From Archaeoglobus fulgidus DSM 4304 (GTDB lineage: Archaea > Halobacteriota > Archaeoglobi > Archaeoglobales > Archaeoglobaceae), in assembly GCF_000008665.1 (NCBI RefSeq), contig NC_000917.1, positions 870,001 to 902,000 on the forward strand: a DNA stretch of 32,000 nucleotides, in the 5' to 3' direction. Below the pieces are notes generated by a model. The model worked only from the letters and a program-made list of their open reading frames with translations, did no database searches and had not been told where the DNA came from. Every line of letters starts with the position of its first letter. The stretch's first letter is position 1. A program made the position numbers and the translations under genes. Below are positions 1-8,069 of the stretch, one piece after another.

Positions 1-560
1 AGGAACGCCTGGAAGGCAGCGTTCCAGCTCGTTGCTATCATTCCGCCCCACACAACGTAGAGCATCACTATAATCGTTCCAACTATCAGTCCAATGATGT
101 AGGGCACTTTTGCGACAGCTAACAGGAAGAGGGCCATACCCACAAGCGAGAGCGTTATGTAGAGCACCGCACCAATCACTGTAACTATACCCACAAGCCA
201 TCTGAGCCTCTGGTCGTTGTACCTGTCAGCGTAGTAGTCAGCAAAGCTTGTTGGTGCGTACTTTCTCAGTGCTGATGCTGTCAGCAGAGTTGCAATGGGC
301 ATTCCAGCAATTATGGCCGACATCGCCCACCAGAAGGGGTAGCCGAGGATGAAGATGTATGCCGGTAGTCCGAGCATCGAAGCAGGGCTCAGGTAAGTAG
401 ATTCCAGTGCAAGACCGTTAACAACAGCGCCAACCTGCCTTCCAGCAACGTAGTAGTCTGTAGCGCTCTTCAGCCTTTGCCTCGAATAGTATCCTATTAT
501 AATTATGGCCAGGAAGTACAGCACTGTAATTCCTATGACCGGTGCCTCCACCTGAGCCAT
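1..560 (-). CDS. Sodium:solute symporter family permease, ActP-like cation/acetate symporter (N-terminal 186 aa only; gene runs off the left edge)
   Basis: Absent from the ORF track because it is open to the window edge. Reverse translation from ATG (560-558) gives MAQVEAPVIGITVLYFLAIIIIGYYSRQRLKSATDYYVAGRQVGAVVNGLALESTYLSPASMLGLPAYIFILGYPFWW... This follows the SSS/ActP N-terminal pattern (compare E. coli ActP ...[41 protein letters not shown]). The ATG overlaps the stop of the upstream small ORF (TAATG). Confidence 0.8.
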   Translation of the reverse strand, partial: MAQVEAPVIGITVLYFLAIIIIGYYSRQRLKSATDYYVAGRQVGAVVNGLALESTYLSPASMLGLPAYIFILGYPFWWAMSAIIAGMPIATLLTASALRKYAPTSFADYYADRYNDQRLRWLVGIVTVIGAVLYITLSLVGMALFLLAVAKVPYIIGLIVGTIIVMLYVVWGGMIATSWNAAFQAF

Positions 561-778
561 TACGAACCACCTCTCGCTTCTTCAGCCTTCTCCGGGAAGT
601 AGAAGTATATTATCGACATGAACAGCGGTATCAAGAACGTCCCTAGGAACGACGCGTACCAGAAAGCTGCCGTCGGTATGTGGTTTATCCCTGCAGTCGC
701 TTCCCCAATCCAGCAAAGTGCCACAAAGCCGTAGTACACTACCAAACCTACCCAAAACACTTTCGGCGGCCAAGGCAT
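560..778 (-). CDS. Small (72 aa) two-TM membrane protein, putative symporter accessory subunit
   Basis: The track ORF is 560..820. The ATG at 820 lies inside the TATA-like ATATTTAAAT (819-828). The internal ATG at 778 is preceded by AGGTGAGAAA (SD), so I prefer 778. The protein is hydrophobic (MPWPPKVFWVGLVVYYGFVALCWIGE...FLIPLFMSIIYFYF). It sits immediately upstream of an SSS permease with a 1-nt stop/start overlap, like the YjcH/DUF4212-type small partners of ActP-like carriers. Confidence 0.55.
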   Translation of the reverse strand: MPWPPKVFWVGLVVYYGFVALCWIGEATAGINHIPTAAFWYASFLGTFLIPLFMSIIYFYFPEKAEEARGGS

Positions 779-921
779 TTTCTCACCTACCTTCTCTATT
801 GTTTGTGATAAATCCAACATATTTAAATTTTTTCATTTATGAACACAACTAATGTTGATTGATATTTAAAATGAGTGTATCTGCAAAAGCTTTATATTGC
901 CAGATTTGTTAATTATAAAAA

Positions 922-2724
922 ATGCTGCCGCCTAAAGAGTTTTTGAGAAAAATAAAACCCTTCAATCTACTGAAAGAGGAAGAGCTTGAGAAAATAGTTG
1001 GCGAGCTGGAAGTGGAGGCTTACGAGGAGGGCGAGGAGATAATAAAGCGCGGGGAGAACAGCAATTACGTTTACTTCGTTTACTCTGGCGTTGTCGGAGT
1101 ATATGAAAATGGAGAGCTAATTGACCGGTTCTCAAGGGGAGAAATATTTGGCCTTACGCATAACCCGCAGAGGGTTGCTGTAGCTGAGGAGGACACGATT
1201 TGCTACCTCATCAAGAAAGACGTCTTCATGGACATCATGGAAAAAAACAAGCTTTTCTCAGACTTTTTCAAATCTTTTGAGGAGAAAAGGTTTAGCAGAA
1301 TTCCTGACCTCTTCAGGGAGGAAGAAATTACTGACAGGTTATTTCTGACAAGAGTTGGAGAGCTTATTTCAAAAAAACCGGTTGTCTGCAGTCCATACAC
1401 GTCAATCAGAGACGCTGCAATTAAGATGGAGCTTAACGGAGTCGGTTCGATTGTGGTGGTGGATGACAATCTCAAACCCCTCGGAATACTAACGAGCAAG
1501 GACTTTAGAACCTTCATTATCTACGGAAAAAGCCACCAGGAAAAAGTTTCCGCGTACATGACTTCTCCAGTAGTTGCTGTTGACTACTCAACACCGGTGT
1601 TCGAGGCCCATCTCGAGCTACTGAAGAGGGGCATAAATCACCTTGTTGTCACAGAGAACGGAAAGGTGAGGGGCGTAATAACGGCCAACGACATCTTAAC
1701 ACTCTTTGAGCCAACAACCTCCCTCATCGTGCTGTACAGAAAACTGAAAAAGGCCAAGAGCCTCGAAGAAATAAAAAACACGTTTAAGAATTTGACAAAA
1801 TCGATTTCTTCCCTTGTAATGCGAGGTATGCACTTCTACGACCTTTCCAACATACTGACGGAAATCTACGACTATCTGGTTGTAAAGGTGATTGAGATGG
1901 AAAAGGAGAGATTTGAGAGGGAGTGGGGAAAGCTGCCCTCTTTCGCATGGGTGCACATGGGAAGCTCAGCCAGGAAGGAGCAGGTAATTGCAACCGACCA
2001 GGACAACGCAATCGTTCATGAGGGTGACGGAGAGGGGCTCAGCCAATTTGCGGAGAGTGTCAACAACGCTCTCGATTACGTTGGAATTCCGAAATGCAGG
2101 GGAGGGTACATGGCGATGAACTGGTGCAAGAGCGTTGAAGAGTGGAAAAGCGTTTTTTCAGAGTGGTTTATCAAGCTGACACCAGACAACCTCAGATTCC
2201 TCTCAGTATTTCTCGACCTGAGGGTCATCTACGGAGACGAAAAACTCTGCAAAGAGTTGATTGAGCACATCAAGAGGGAGCACACTTCTCAATCCCTACG
2301 ATACCTCGCCTACGATGCCACGATAGCGGAACCTCCCCTTGGGCTTTTTGGGTTAAGAATGAAGAAGGAAATTGACCTAAAGATGAACGGAATATACCCT
2401 ATTGTAAACGGTGTGAGGGTTCTTGCTTTAGAGCACGGATTAATCGAAGTAACTAACACGAGGGAAAGGCTGGAAGAGCTTAAGGAGGCTCATGTAATGG
2501 ACGCAGACCTTGCCGAGTCCCTTAAGGAAACTTACGAGTTTCTCCAGGATTTAAGGCTTAGACTCCAGGCGAAAGAGGTTGTTGAGGGCAAAAAAGCTGA
2601 TAACGTCATCAAAGTGTCTGAGATCGACAGAATCGAGGCCTTCGTCCTTAAAGAGGGCTTCAAGGTTATCAAAAAGTTCCAGAACTTTTTAAAGGGGCAT
2701 TACAGCATTGAGAGGGGTCTTTAA
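922..2724 (+). CDS. Signal-transduction protein: cNMP-binding domain + CBS pair + DUF294-type (GlnD-like, Pol-beta fold) nucleotidyltransferase + DUF294_C substrate-binding domain
   Basis: aa 5-115: Crp/cNMP-binding fold (RGEIFGL...PQRVAVAEEDT). aa 140-262: two CBS motifs (PVVCSPYTSIRDAAIKM...GSIVVVDD; VVAVDYSTPVFEAHLELLKRGINHLVVTENGKVRGVITANDIL). aa 345-363: HMGSSARKEQVIATDQDNAIV, which is the G[GS]...DxD nucleotidyltransferase motif (nt 1960-2004). The C-terminal helical domain is typical of DUF294_C. Confidence 0.85.
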   Translation: MLPPKEFLRKIKPFNLLKEEELEKIVGELEVEAYEEGEEIIKRGENSNYVYFVYSGVVGVYENGELIDRFSRGEIFGLTHNPQRVAVAEEDTICYLIKKDVFMDIMEKNKLFSDFFKSFEEKRFSRIPDLFREEEITDRLFLTRVGELISKKPVVCSPYTSIRDAAIKMELNGVGSIVVVDDNLKPLGILTSKDFRTFIIYGKSHQEKVSAYMTSPVVAVDYSTPVFEAHLELLKRGINHLVVTENGKVRGVITANDILTLFEPTTSLIVLYRKLKKAKSLEEIKNTFKNLTKSISSLVMRGMHFYDLSNILTEIYDYLVVKVIEMEKERFEREWGKLPSFAWVHMGSSARKEQVIATDQDNAIVHEGDGEGLSQFAESVNNALDYVGIPKCRGGYMAMNWCKSVEEWKSVFSEWFIKLTPDNLRFLSVFLDLRVIYGDEKLCKELIEHIKREHTSQSLRYLAYDATIAEPPLGLFGLRMKKEIDLKMNGIYPIVNGVRVLALEHGLIEVTNTRERLEELKEAHVMDADLAESLKETYEFLQDLRLRLQAKEVVEGKKADNVIKVSEIDRIEAFVLKEGFKVIKKFQNFLKGHYSIERGL

Positions 2725-3341
2725 TGGAGGGCAGTTTAAGGAAAGTACAGTTTCTGTCGATAGACCTGGAAACCACAGGCTTAAACCAGAAAAAAGATGA
2801 AATCATCGCAATAGGAGCAGTCCCAATAATCGGAACAAGAATTTTGGCCGGAGAAAGCTACTACAGGCTTCTCAGACCGGAAAAATTCAAGCATGAGTCG
2901 ATGAAGTTCCACGGCCTCGACCCCGCAAGACTGAAGACGGCACACGACTTCTCAGAGATTGCTGAAGAAGTTGCGGACCTCTTAAGGGGAAAGGTGCTGG
3001 TGGGTTACGCGATAGAACTCGACTATGGCTTCCTAAAGAGAGCTTTAAAGAGAGAGGGCTACAAAGTGGAGAACAAGAGGATAGATGTTATAGACTTCGA
3101 AAAGGCGGTCTGCTACATTCTCGGAGAGAGACCGGTAGGGGAAATGACTCTGGACAATTTGGCAAAGAAATACAGGGTTGAGGTAAGCTACAGGCACAAC
3201 GCCCTCGCCGATGCCTTCATAACGGCCCAGATTTTTCAGGTTCAGCTTCTTAAAATTCTGAAGTACGGAATAAAAACTATCGATATGCTGTTTGATCTTA
3301 TAAAGAGAGTTGAGAGAGACCGCCAGTATCACATTTTCTAA
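2724..3341 (+). CDS. DEDDh 3'-5' exonuclease (DnaQ / Pol III epsilon-like, stand-alone)
   Basis: ExoI is LSIDLETTGL (D14, E16). ExoII is VGYAIELDYGFL (D100). ExoIII is HNALADA (H158, D163). The start overlaps the upstream stop (TAATG at 2722-2726), indicating translational coupling. Confidence 0.85.
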   Translation: MEGSLRKVQFLSIDLETTGLNQKKDEIIAIGAVPIIGTRILAGESYYRLLRPEKFKHESMKFHGLDPARLKTAHDFSEIAEEVADLLRGKVLVGYAIELDYGFLKRALKREGYKVENKRIDVIDFEKAVCYILGERPVGEMTLDNLAKKYRVEVSYRHNALADAFITAQIFQVQLLKILKYGIKTIDMLFDLIKRVERDRQYHIF

Positions 3342-3360
3342 TATTTCTACAATTTTTTAA
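3342..3360 (+). terminator. Oligo-T tract after the exonuclease gene (possible archaeal terminator)
   Basis: ATATTTCTACAATTTTTTAA: a T6 run at 3353-3358 directly after the stop codon. Archaeal RNAP terminates at oligo-T runs. Confidence 0.3.
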
Positions 3361-3449
3361 AGTTTGAAATCGAAAAACTTATACATTTGAAAATTACCAA
3401 ATTATTAATACTGCATGGAGGGATTGTATTGAGTAGTGTGGAGGAGTAT

Positions 3450-4760
3450 ATGGATTATATGAAAAAATTGCTCGGTGCTGAAGACCTCTTTGACAGGGAT
3501 GAGCCCCTCAAGGGCGTTAGGGTTCTTGAGGTTTGCAGCGTCGTTCTCGGACCTGCAGCAACAGACTATCTGGCTGAGTTTGGGGCAGAGGTGATAAAGT
3601 TCGAAGCCCGCAGGGGAGACCAGATGCGCTACGTCACTCCGTACGCCTACTTCTGGAGAAACCTCTCTCCGGGACTGCTGGAGCAGAACCACAACAAGTA
3701 CTGGGTTGGCATGCACCTCGGCCACCCTAAGGCGAGAGAGCTCTTCTACGAGTTCGTGAAGCGGAGCGATGTGGTCGTGGACAACCTCACTCCCGGAAGG
3801 CTTTCAAAGTGGGGTATTAGCTACGACAGGCTGAGAGAGATTAATCCGAGGATTATACAGCTTCACGTCTCTGGTTTCGGAAGCTGGGGACCATACACTG
3901 GAAGAACTTCCTACGATGCGATTGCTCAGAGCGAGGGTGGCTTGGCTTACATTACTGGCTTTGAGGGGAGAGGCCCGCTCAAGTCGGGTGTGTGGATTGC
4001 TGACTGGACAACTGCTCTGATGTGTGCAGTTGCTATCGTTGCAGCCCTGAACTACAGGGAGAGGACAGGAGAAGGGCAGTACATCGACTATTCTCAGGTT
4101 GAGAACGTCATCAGATTTCTGGACTGGACTTGGACCTACGTGGATATGACAGGAGAGAACAGGGAGAGAGTGGGGAACAGGGATCTGGCAATCTGCCCCT
4201 CTGACCTATTCGACTGCAAGGATGGATGGGTTGCAATCGTTGCTTTCAGCGAAGAGGAGTTCAAAGGCCTGTGCCAGGCTATGGGGAGAATGGATCTCTA
4301 CGAGAAGTTTGCCGACCCGCTTGAGAGGCTGAAGGATGAGAATGCGAGGCTGATTCTGAAGGAAATTGCTGAGTGGGCAAAAACCAAGACGGTTAAGGAT
4401 GTTGAGGAGCTTGCAGACAAATACGGCTTTGCAGCCTCACATGTTATTGAGGTTGACGAGGCCTACTACAGCGAGCATCTGAGGGAGAGGGGGGCAATTA
4501 TGGCCTACGACGACCCACTGTATGGGGAATTTGTTGAACCTTGCTACCCGCCAAGGATGGAAACGCCTTCAAGGCTGAAGTGGGGTGCGAGGCCATTGGG
4601 CTTTGACAATGAGTTTGTACTGACAAAGTACCTCGGCCTGAGCATGGATGAAATCGAGCAGCTTTACGAGGAGGGCGTCATCTACAGGTGGAATCCAGAC
4701 GTGAAGCCGCAGTGCCCTCCGCCGGACTGGGACGGAAAGAAGGGGTTGAAGTTCCCGTGA
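3450..4760 (+). CDS. Family III CoA-transferase (CaiB/BaiF/Frc family), catalytic-type paralog A
   Basis: N-terminal CoA-binding signature [33 protein letters not shown]. Catalytic-Asp context [30 protein letters not shown] (Asp codon at 4002-4004). The track start at 3387 is a TTG within the promoter region. The ATG at 3450 has GTGGAGGAG 5 nt upstream, so I prefer it. Confidence 0.85.
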   Translation: MDYMKKLLGAEDLFDRDEPLKGVRVLEVCSVVLGPAATDYLAEFGAEVIKFEARRGDQMRYVTPYAYFWRNLSPGLLEQNHNKYWVGMHLGHPKARELFYEFVKRSDVVVDNLTPGRLSKWGISYDRLREINPRIIQLHVSGFGSWGPYTGRTSYDAIAQSEGGLAYITGFEGRGPLKSGVWIADWTTALMCAVAIVAALNYRERTGEGQYIDYSQVENVIRFLDWTWTYVDMTGENRERVGNRDLAICPSDLFDCKDGWVAIVAFSEEEFKGLCQAMGRMDLYEKFADPLERLKDENARLILKEIAEWAKTKTVKDVEELADKYGFAASHVIEVDEAYYSEHLRERGAIMAYDDPLYGEFVEPCYPPRMETPSRLKWGARPLGFDNEFVLTKYLGLSMDEIEQLYEEGVIYRWNPDVKPQCPPPDWDGKKGLKFP

Positions 4761-4769
4761 GGTGATAGA

Positions 4770-6122
4770 ATGGAGGAGAAGGCGATTGTTGGAATGGCCC
4801 TCGACCCCCAGTATGCCAGATTCATCTACAACGAAACCAATCCCGACGACGTGATGAGAAAGCCCGAGGCAATAGACGACATGGTCGTCCTTGATATGAG
4901 CTACGGGAACTACGCCGGGCTGTTTGCATCGTCTCTGCTTGCTGAGCTTGGGGCGGAGGTTATCAGGATCGAGCCGCCTGAAGGAGACATTGCCAGAAAA
5001 ATGACGCCTTACGGCATAATGGTCAAGGATGCAGGTTTGGCTTATCTGACTGAGGGAAGAAACAAGTTTCACGTTACGCTCAACATTGAAAAGGAAGAGG
5101 GCAGAGAACTCCTTAAGAGGCTTGTCAAGAAGGCCGATGTTCTTATTGAATCCTTCAAGCCGGGATACATGGATTCTCTGGGCATTGGCTACAGGCATCT
5201 GAAAGAAATCAATCCCGGACTGATTTACTGTGCTGTAAACACCTACGGCCAGTTCGGAGAGGATGCGAAGAAGCATTCAAATCAGCCCGACTATGACATG
5301 ACTGATCAGGCTAGGGGAGTTGTAATGTCGGTGACAGGCGAGCCAGAGCTTGACCCTGAAGTTCCACAGGAGTACAAGAAACCTCTCAAACACGGAAACT
5401 GGATGGGGTGGTATGTTGGCGGTACGTGGGCGGCTTTTGGAATTCTTTTGGCGATGTTCTACAAGAGAAAGACGGGAAAGGGGCAGATGATTGATGCCGC
5501 CCCGCCAGAGGGGATGATGGCAATCTCCAACTACCTGATGCAGTACTTCCACCTCACCAAGAACAAGATGGTAAGGGCTGGCAATTTCGACTACGCTGTC
5601 TTCCCCTACACCTACGTGAGATGCAAGGACGGCTACGCCTTCATGTCGGGCTTCACTGATCCAAACTGGGCTGCCCTCTGCGAGATAATGAACCGCCCCG
5701 ATCTGCAGCAGCAGTTCCCCACAATCAAGGAAAGGCTGACTCCAGAGAACCAGCCCAAGATTCAGCATGAGATTGAGAAGTTCACAATGAACTACACTGC
5801 TGCGGAGCTTCTTGAAATTGTGACTGAGTACTCAAGAAGGCCCGACAAGAAGGGGACGGTTGTTACTGGCAGATTAAACGCTCCAAAGGAGGTTCTGGAC
5901 ATTGAGCACTTCAAGGTCAAGAGGATGTTCGTAAAAATGAAGGACCCGCACTACGGTGAGGTGCTTGTCCCCAACTCAACGCTGAGGTTCATGTCCAAAA
6001 CTCCGGGAAGAGTTAAGTGGGTCTGCAGGCCGATTGGGGCTGATAACGAGTACATTTATGGGAAGTATCTGGGTATTTCGGGTAAGAAGCTTGAGGAGCT
6101 AAAGGAGAAAGGAATTGTTTAA
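4770..6122 (+). CDS. Family III CoA-transferase paralog B (catalytic Asp position occupied by Trp)
   Basis: N-terminal [36 protein letters not shown] and central ...[31 protein letters not shown] align with paralog A with no gaps. SD GAGGTGA lies 5 nt upstream, 9 nt after the stop of paralog A. Confidence 0.8.
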   Translation: MEEKAIVGMALDPQYARFIYNETNPDDVMRKPEAIDDMVVLDMSYGNYAGLFASSLLAELGAEVIRIEPPEGDIARKMTPYGIMVKDAGLAYLTEGRNKFHVTLNIEKEEGRELLKRLVKKADVLIESFKPGYMDSLGIGYRHLKEINPGLIYCAVNTYGQFGEDAKKHSNQPDYDMTDQARGVVMSVTGEPELDPEVPQEYKKPLKHGNWMGWYVGGTWAAFGILLAMFYKRKTGKGQMIDAAPPEGMMAISNYLMQYFHLTKNKMVRAGNFDYAVFPYTYVRCKDGYAFMSGFTDPNWAALCEIMNRPDLQQQFPTIKERLTPENQPKIQHEIEKFTMNYTAAELLEIVTEYSRRPDKKGTVVTGRLNAPKEVLDIEHFKVKRMFVKMKDPHYGEVLVPNSTLRFMSKTPGRVKWVCRPIGADNEYIYGKYLGISGKKLEELKEKGIV

Positions 6123-6145
6123 TTTTATTTTTTGAGGTGAGAAAA

Positions 6146-8065
6146 ATGGGCTTTATCTGGCATCCGCCAAAAGAATTGGTTGAGGAGTCCAACGTCAAGG
6201 CCTTCATGGATGCTGAGGGCTTTTCCGACTACAAGCAGATGGTTGAGAAGTCCACTGACGACATAGAGTGGTGGTGGAGCAAGGCTGTTGAGTGGCTCAA
6301 TGTGGAGTGGTTCAAGCCCTACGAGAAGGTCTACGACATGTCGAAGGGCATAGAGTGGACTGACTGGTTCGTGAACGGCAGAGTAAACGCCGCTTACAAC
6401 GCCTTGGACAGGCACAGAAAGAAGAGGAACAAGTTAGCGTTCATCTGGCAGGGAGAGGATGGAGAAGTGAGGAGATACACCTACCTCGAGCTTTACAGGG
6501 AAGTGAACAGGCTCGCCAACGCCCTCAAGGCCTTTGGAGTTGGGAAGGGGGACGTTGTGGCCCTCTACCTCCCAATGTTTCCTGAAACTGTCGTTACTCT
6601 CTTTGCTGCCATGAAGATTGGCGCCATTGCGATGCCGATATTCTCGGGCTATAGCTCTGCAGCCATTCAGACGAGGCTTGCTGATTCAGATGCGAAGGTT
6701 GTTGTTACAGCAGATGCAAGCTACAGAAGAGGGAGGGCTGTGCCACTCAAGCCCGAACTCGACAAGGCCCTTGAGGGGACGAAGGTTGAGAAGGTTGTTG
6801 TGGTGAACAGGGCGGACACCGAAGTTGAGATGAAGGAGGATAGGGACGTTTACTGGGATGAGGTTAAGGAGAGCAGCAGGTGTGAGACGGTTGAGATGGA
6901 CCCCAACGATGCTGCTTTGCTGCTCTACACCTCAGGCACAACCGGAAAGCCGAAAGGGGTTGTTTTATCCCATGCGGGAGTGATTTTGCAGAGCAGCAAG
7001 GAGATTTTCTTCAACATGGATTTGAAGCCTGAAGACGTTTTTCTTTGGATCACCGACATTGGCTGGATGATGGGGCCTTGGCAGATTATTGGCTGCCAGC
7101 ATCTCGGCGGGACTCACGTTCTCTTTGAGGGAGCCCCCGACTATCCCAACACCGACAGGATATGGGCGATGATTGAGGAGTTTGAAATTACGCAGCTTGG
7201 TGGTTCAGCGACGGTTTACAGATTGCTGAAGAGATACGGAGATGAGGCGGTAAAGCAGCACGACCTGAGCAGTTTAAAGGCTACGGGCAACACCGGAGAG
7301 CCGATAGACCACGACACGTGGATGTGGCTGCTGAAGGTCGTTGGCGAGGAGAGGTGCCCGATCATAAACCTCTCAGGAGGAACCGAGATCTTCGGCTGCT
7401 TTTTGCTTCCCTCTCCCGCAATGCCCCTCAAGCCGACAACCTTGGGCTATCCCGGATTGGGGATGGACGTGGATGTGTTTGATGACGCTGGAAACTCTGT
7501 GAGGCAGCAGATTGGATATCTGGTTTGCAAGAAGCCAGCCCCATCAATGACAAGAGGCTTCTGGAAAGACCCTGAGAGGTACATCAAGACCTACTGGAGC
7601 AGGTGGAAGGGAGTCTGGTACCACGGAGACTGGGCTTATGTTGACGAGGATGGTTTCTGGTTCCTCTTCGGCAGGGCCGATGACGTCATAAAGGTTGCAG
7701 GAAAGAGAATGGGACCTGCAGAGATTGAGACCATCGTGAACTCCATTCCTGCTGTCCAGGAGTCCGCATGCATTGGAGTTCCGCATGAGCTTAAGGGAGA
7801 GGTTGTTTGGGTTTTTGTGACTCTAAAGCCCGGCTATGAGCCGAGTGAGGAGCTGGAGAAGGAAATCGTTGACAAAATTGTGAAGGAGTTCGGAAAGCCC
7901 TTCAAGCCGGACAGGGTTGTGTTTGTCCCCGATCTGCCGAGAACGAGGAGCGGGAAGATTATGAGGAGGCTGATAAAGGCTGTTGTTGCCAAGCAGGAGC
8001 TTGGCGACACCTCAGCTCTGGAAAATCCGGACTCGCTGGAGAAGATAAAGGAGGTTTTGGGGTGA
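6146..8065 (+). CDS. acs: Acetyl-CoA synthetase (AMP-forming)
   Basis: Acs-typical N-terminus (WHPPKELVEESNVKAFM...WW...W.KP). AMP-binding motif YTSGTTGKPKG. C-terminal PRTRSGKIMRRLI (A10 lysine). GAGGTGA (6134-6140) precedes the ATG at 6146. The track's GTG at 6137 lies inside that SD. Confidence 0.9.
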   Translation: MGFIWHPPKELVEESNVKAFMDAEGFSDYKQMVEKSTDDIEWWWSKAVEWLNVEWFKPYEKVYDMSKGIEWTDWFVNGRVNAAYNALDRHRKKRNKLAFIWQGEDGEVRRYTYLELYREVNRLANALKAFGVGKGDVVALYLPMFPETVVTLFAAMKIGAIAMPIFSGYSSAAIQTRLADSDAKVVVTADASYRRGRAVPLKPELDKALEGTKVEKVVVVNRADTEVEMKEDRDVYWDEVKESSRCETVEMDPNDAALLLYTSGTTGKPKGVVLSHAGVILQSSKEIFFNMDLKPEDVFLWITDIGWMMGPWQIIGCQHLGGTHVLFEGAPDYPNTDRIWAMIEEFEITQLGGSATVYRLLKRYGDEAVKQHDLSSLKATGNTGEPIDHDTWMWLLKVVGEERCPIINLSGGTEIFGCFLLPSPAMPLKPTTLGYPGLGMDVDVFDDAGNSVRQQIGYLVCKKPAPSMTRGFWKDPERYIKTYWSRWKGVWYHGDWAYVDEDGFWFLFGRADDVIKVAGKRMGPAEIETIVNSIPAVQESACIGVPHELKGEVVWVFVTLKPGYEPSEELEKEIVDKIVKEFGKPFKPDRVVFVPDLPRTRSGKIMRRLIKAVVAKQELGDTSALENPDSLEKIKEVLG

Positions 8066-8069
8066 GTTT

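Noticed and set aside
922-3341. Reading the sensor-nucleotidyltransferase + DEDDh exonuclease pair as a CBASS-like or other anti-phage defence system (NTase signal generator plus nuclease effector).
   Set aside because: The NTase motif and domain order look like the DUF294/GlnD type, not the CD-NTase type. The locus has no mobile-element, integrase or other defence-island hallmarks. It is embedded in housekeeping acyl-CoA metabolism genes. I cannot exclude the defence reading without profile searches, but the context favours metabolic regulation.
3387-3449. The track start (TTG at 3387) for the first CoA-transferase. Similar long starts exist at 6137 (GTG, acs), 11052 (glnK), 15858 (ABC permease) and 820 (small membrane ORF).
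   Set aside because: Each long start lies inside a promoter or SD element or overlaps the upstream gene extensively, and adds non-homologous residues. Downstream ATGs with GGAGG/GGTGA sites at the proper spacing fit better (3450, 6146, 11085, 15804 and 778).
4569-5768. Long antisense ORFs (235 aa at 4569-5276 and 163 aa at 5277-5768, - strand) inside the CoA-transferase genes.
   Set aside because: They show no recognisable motifs, have an Arg/Leu/Ser-rich composition typical of the reverse frame of GC-moderate coding DNA, and are fully covered by well-supported + strand genes.
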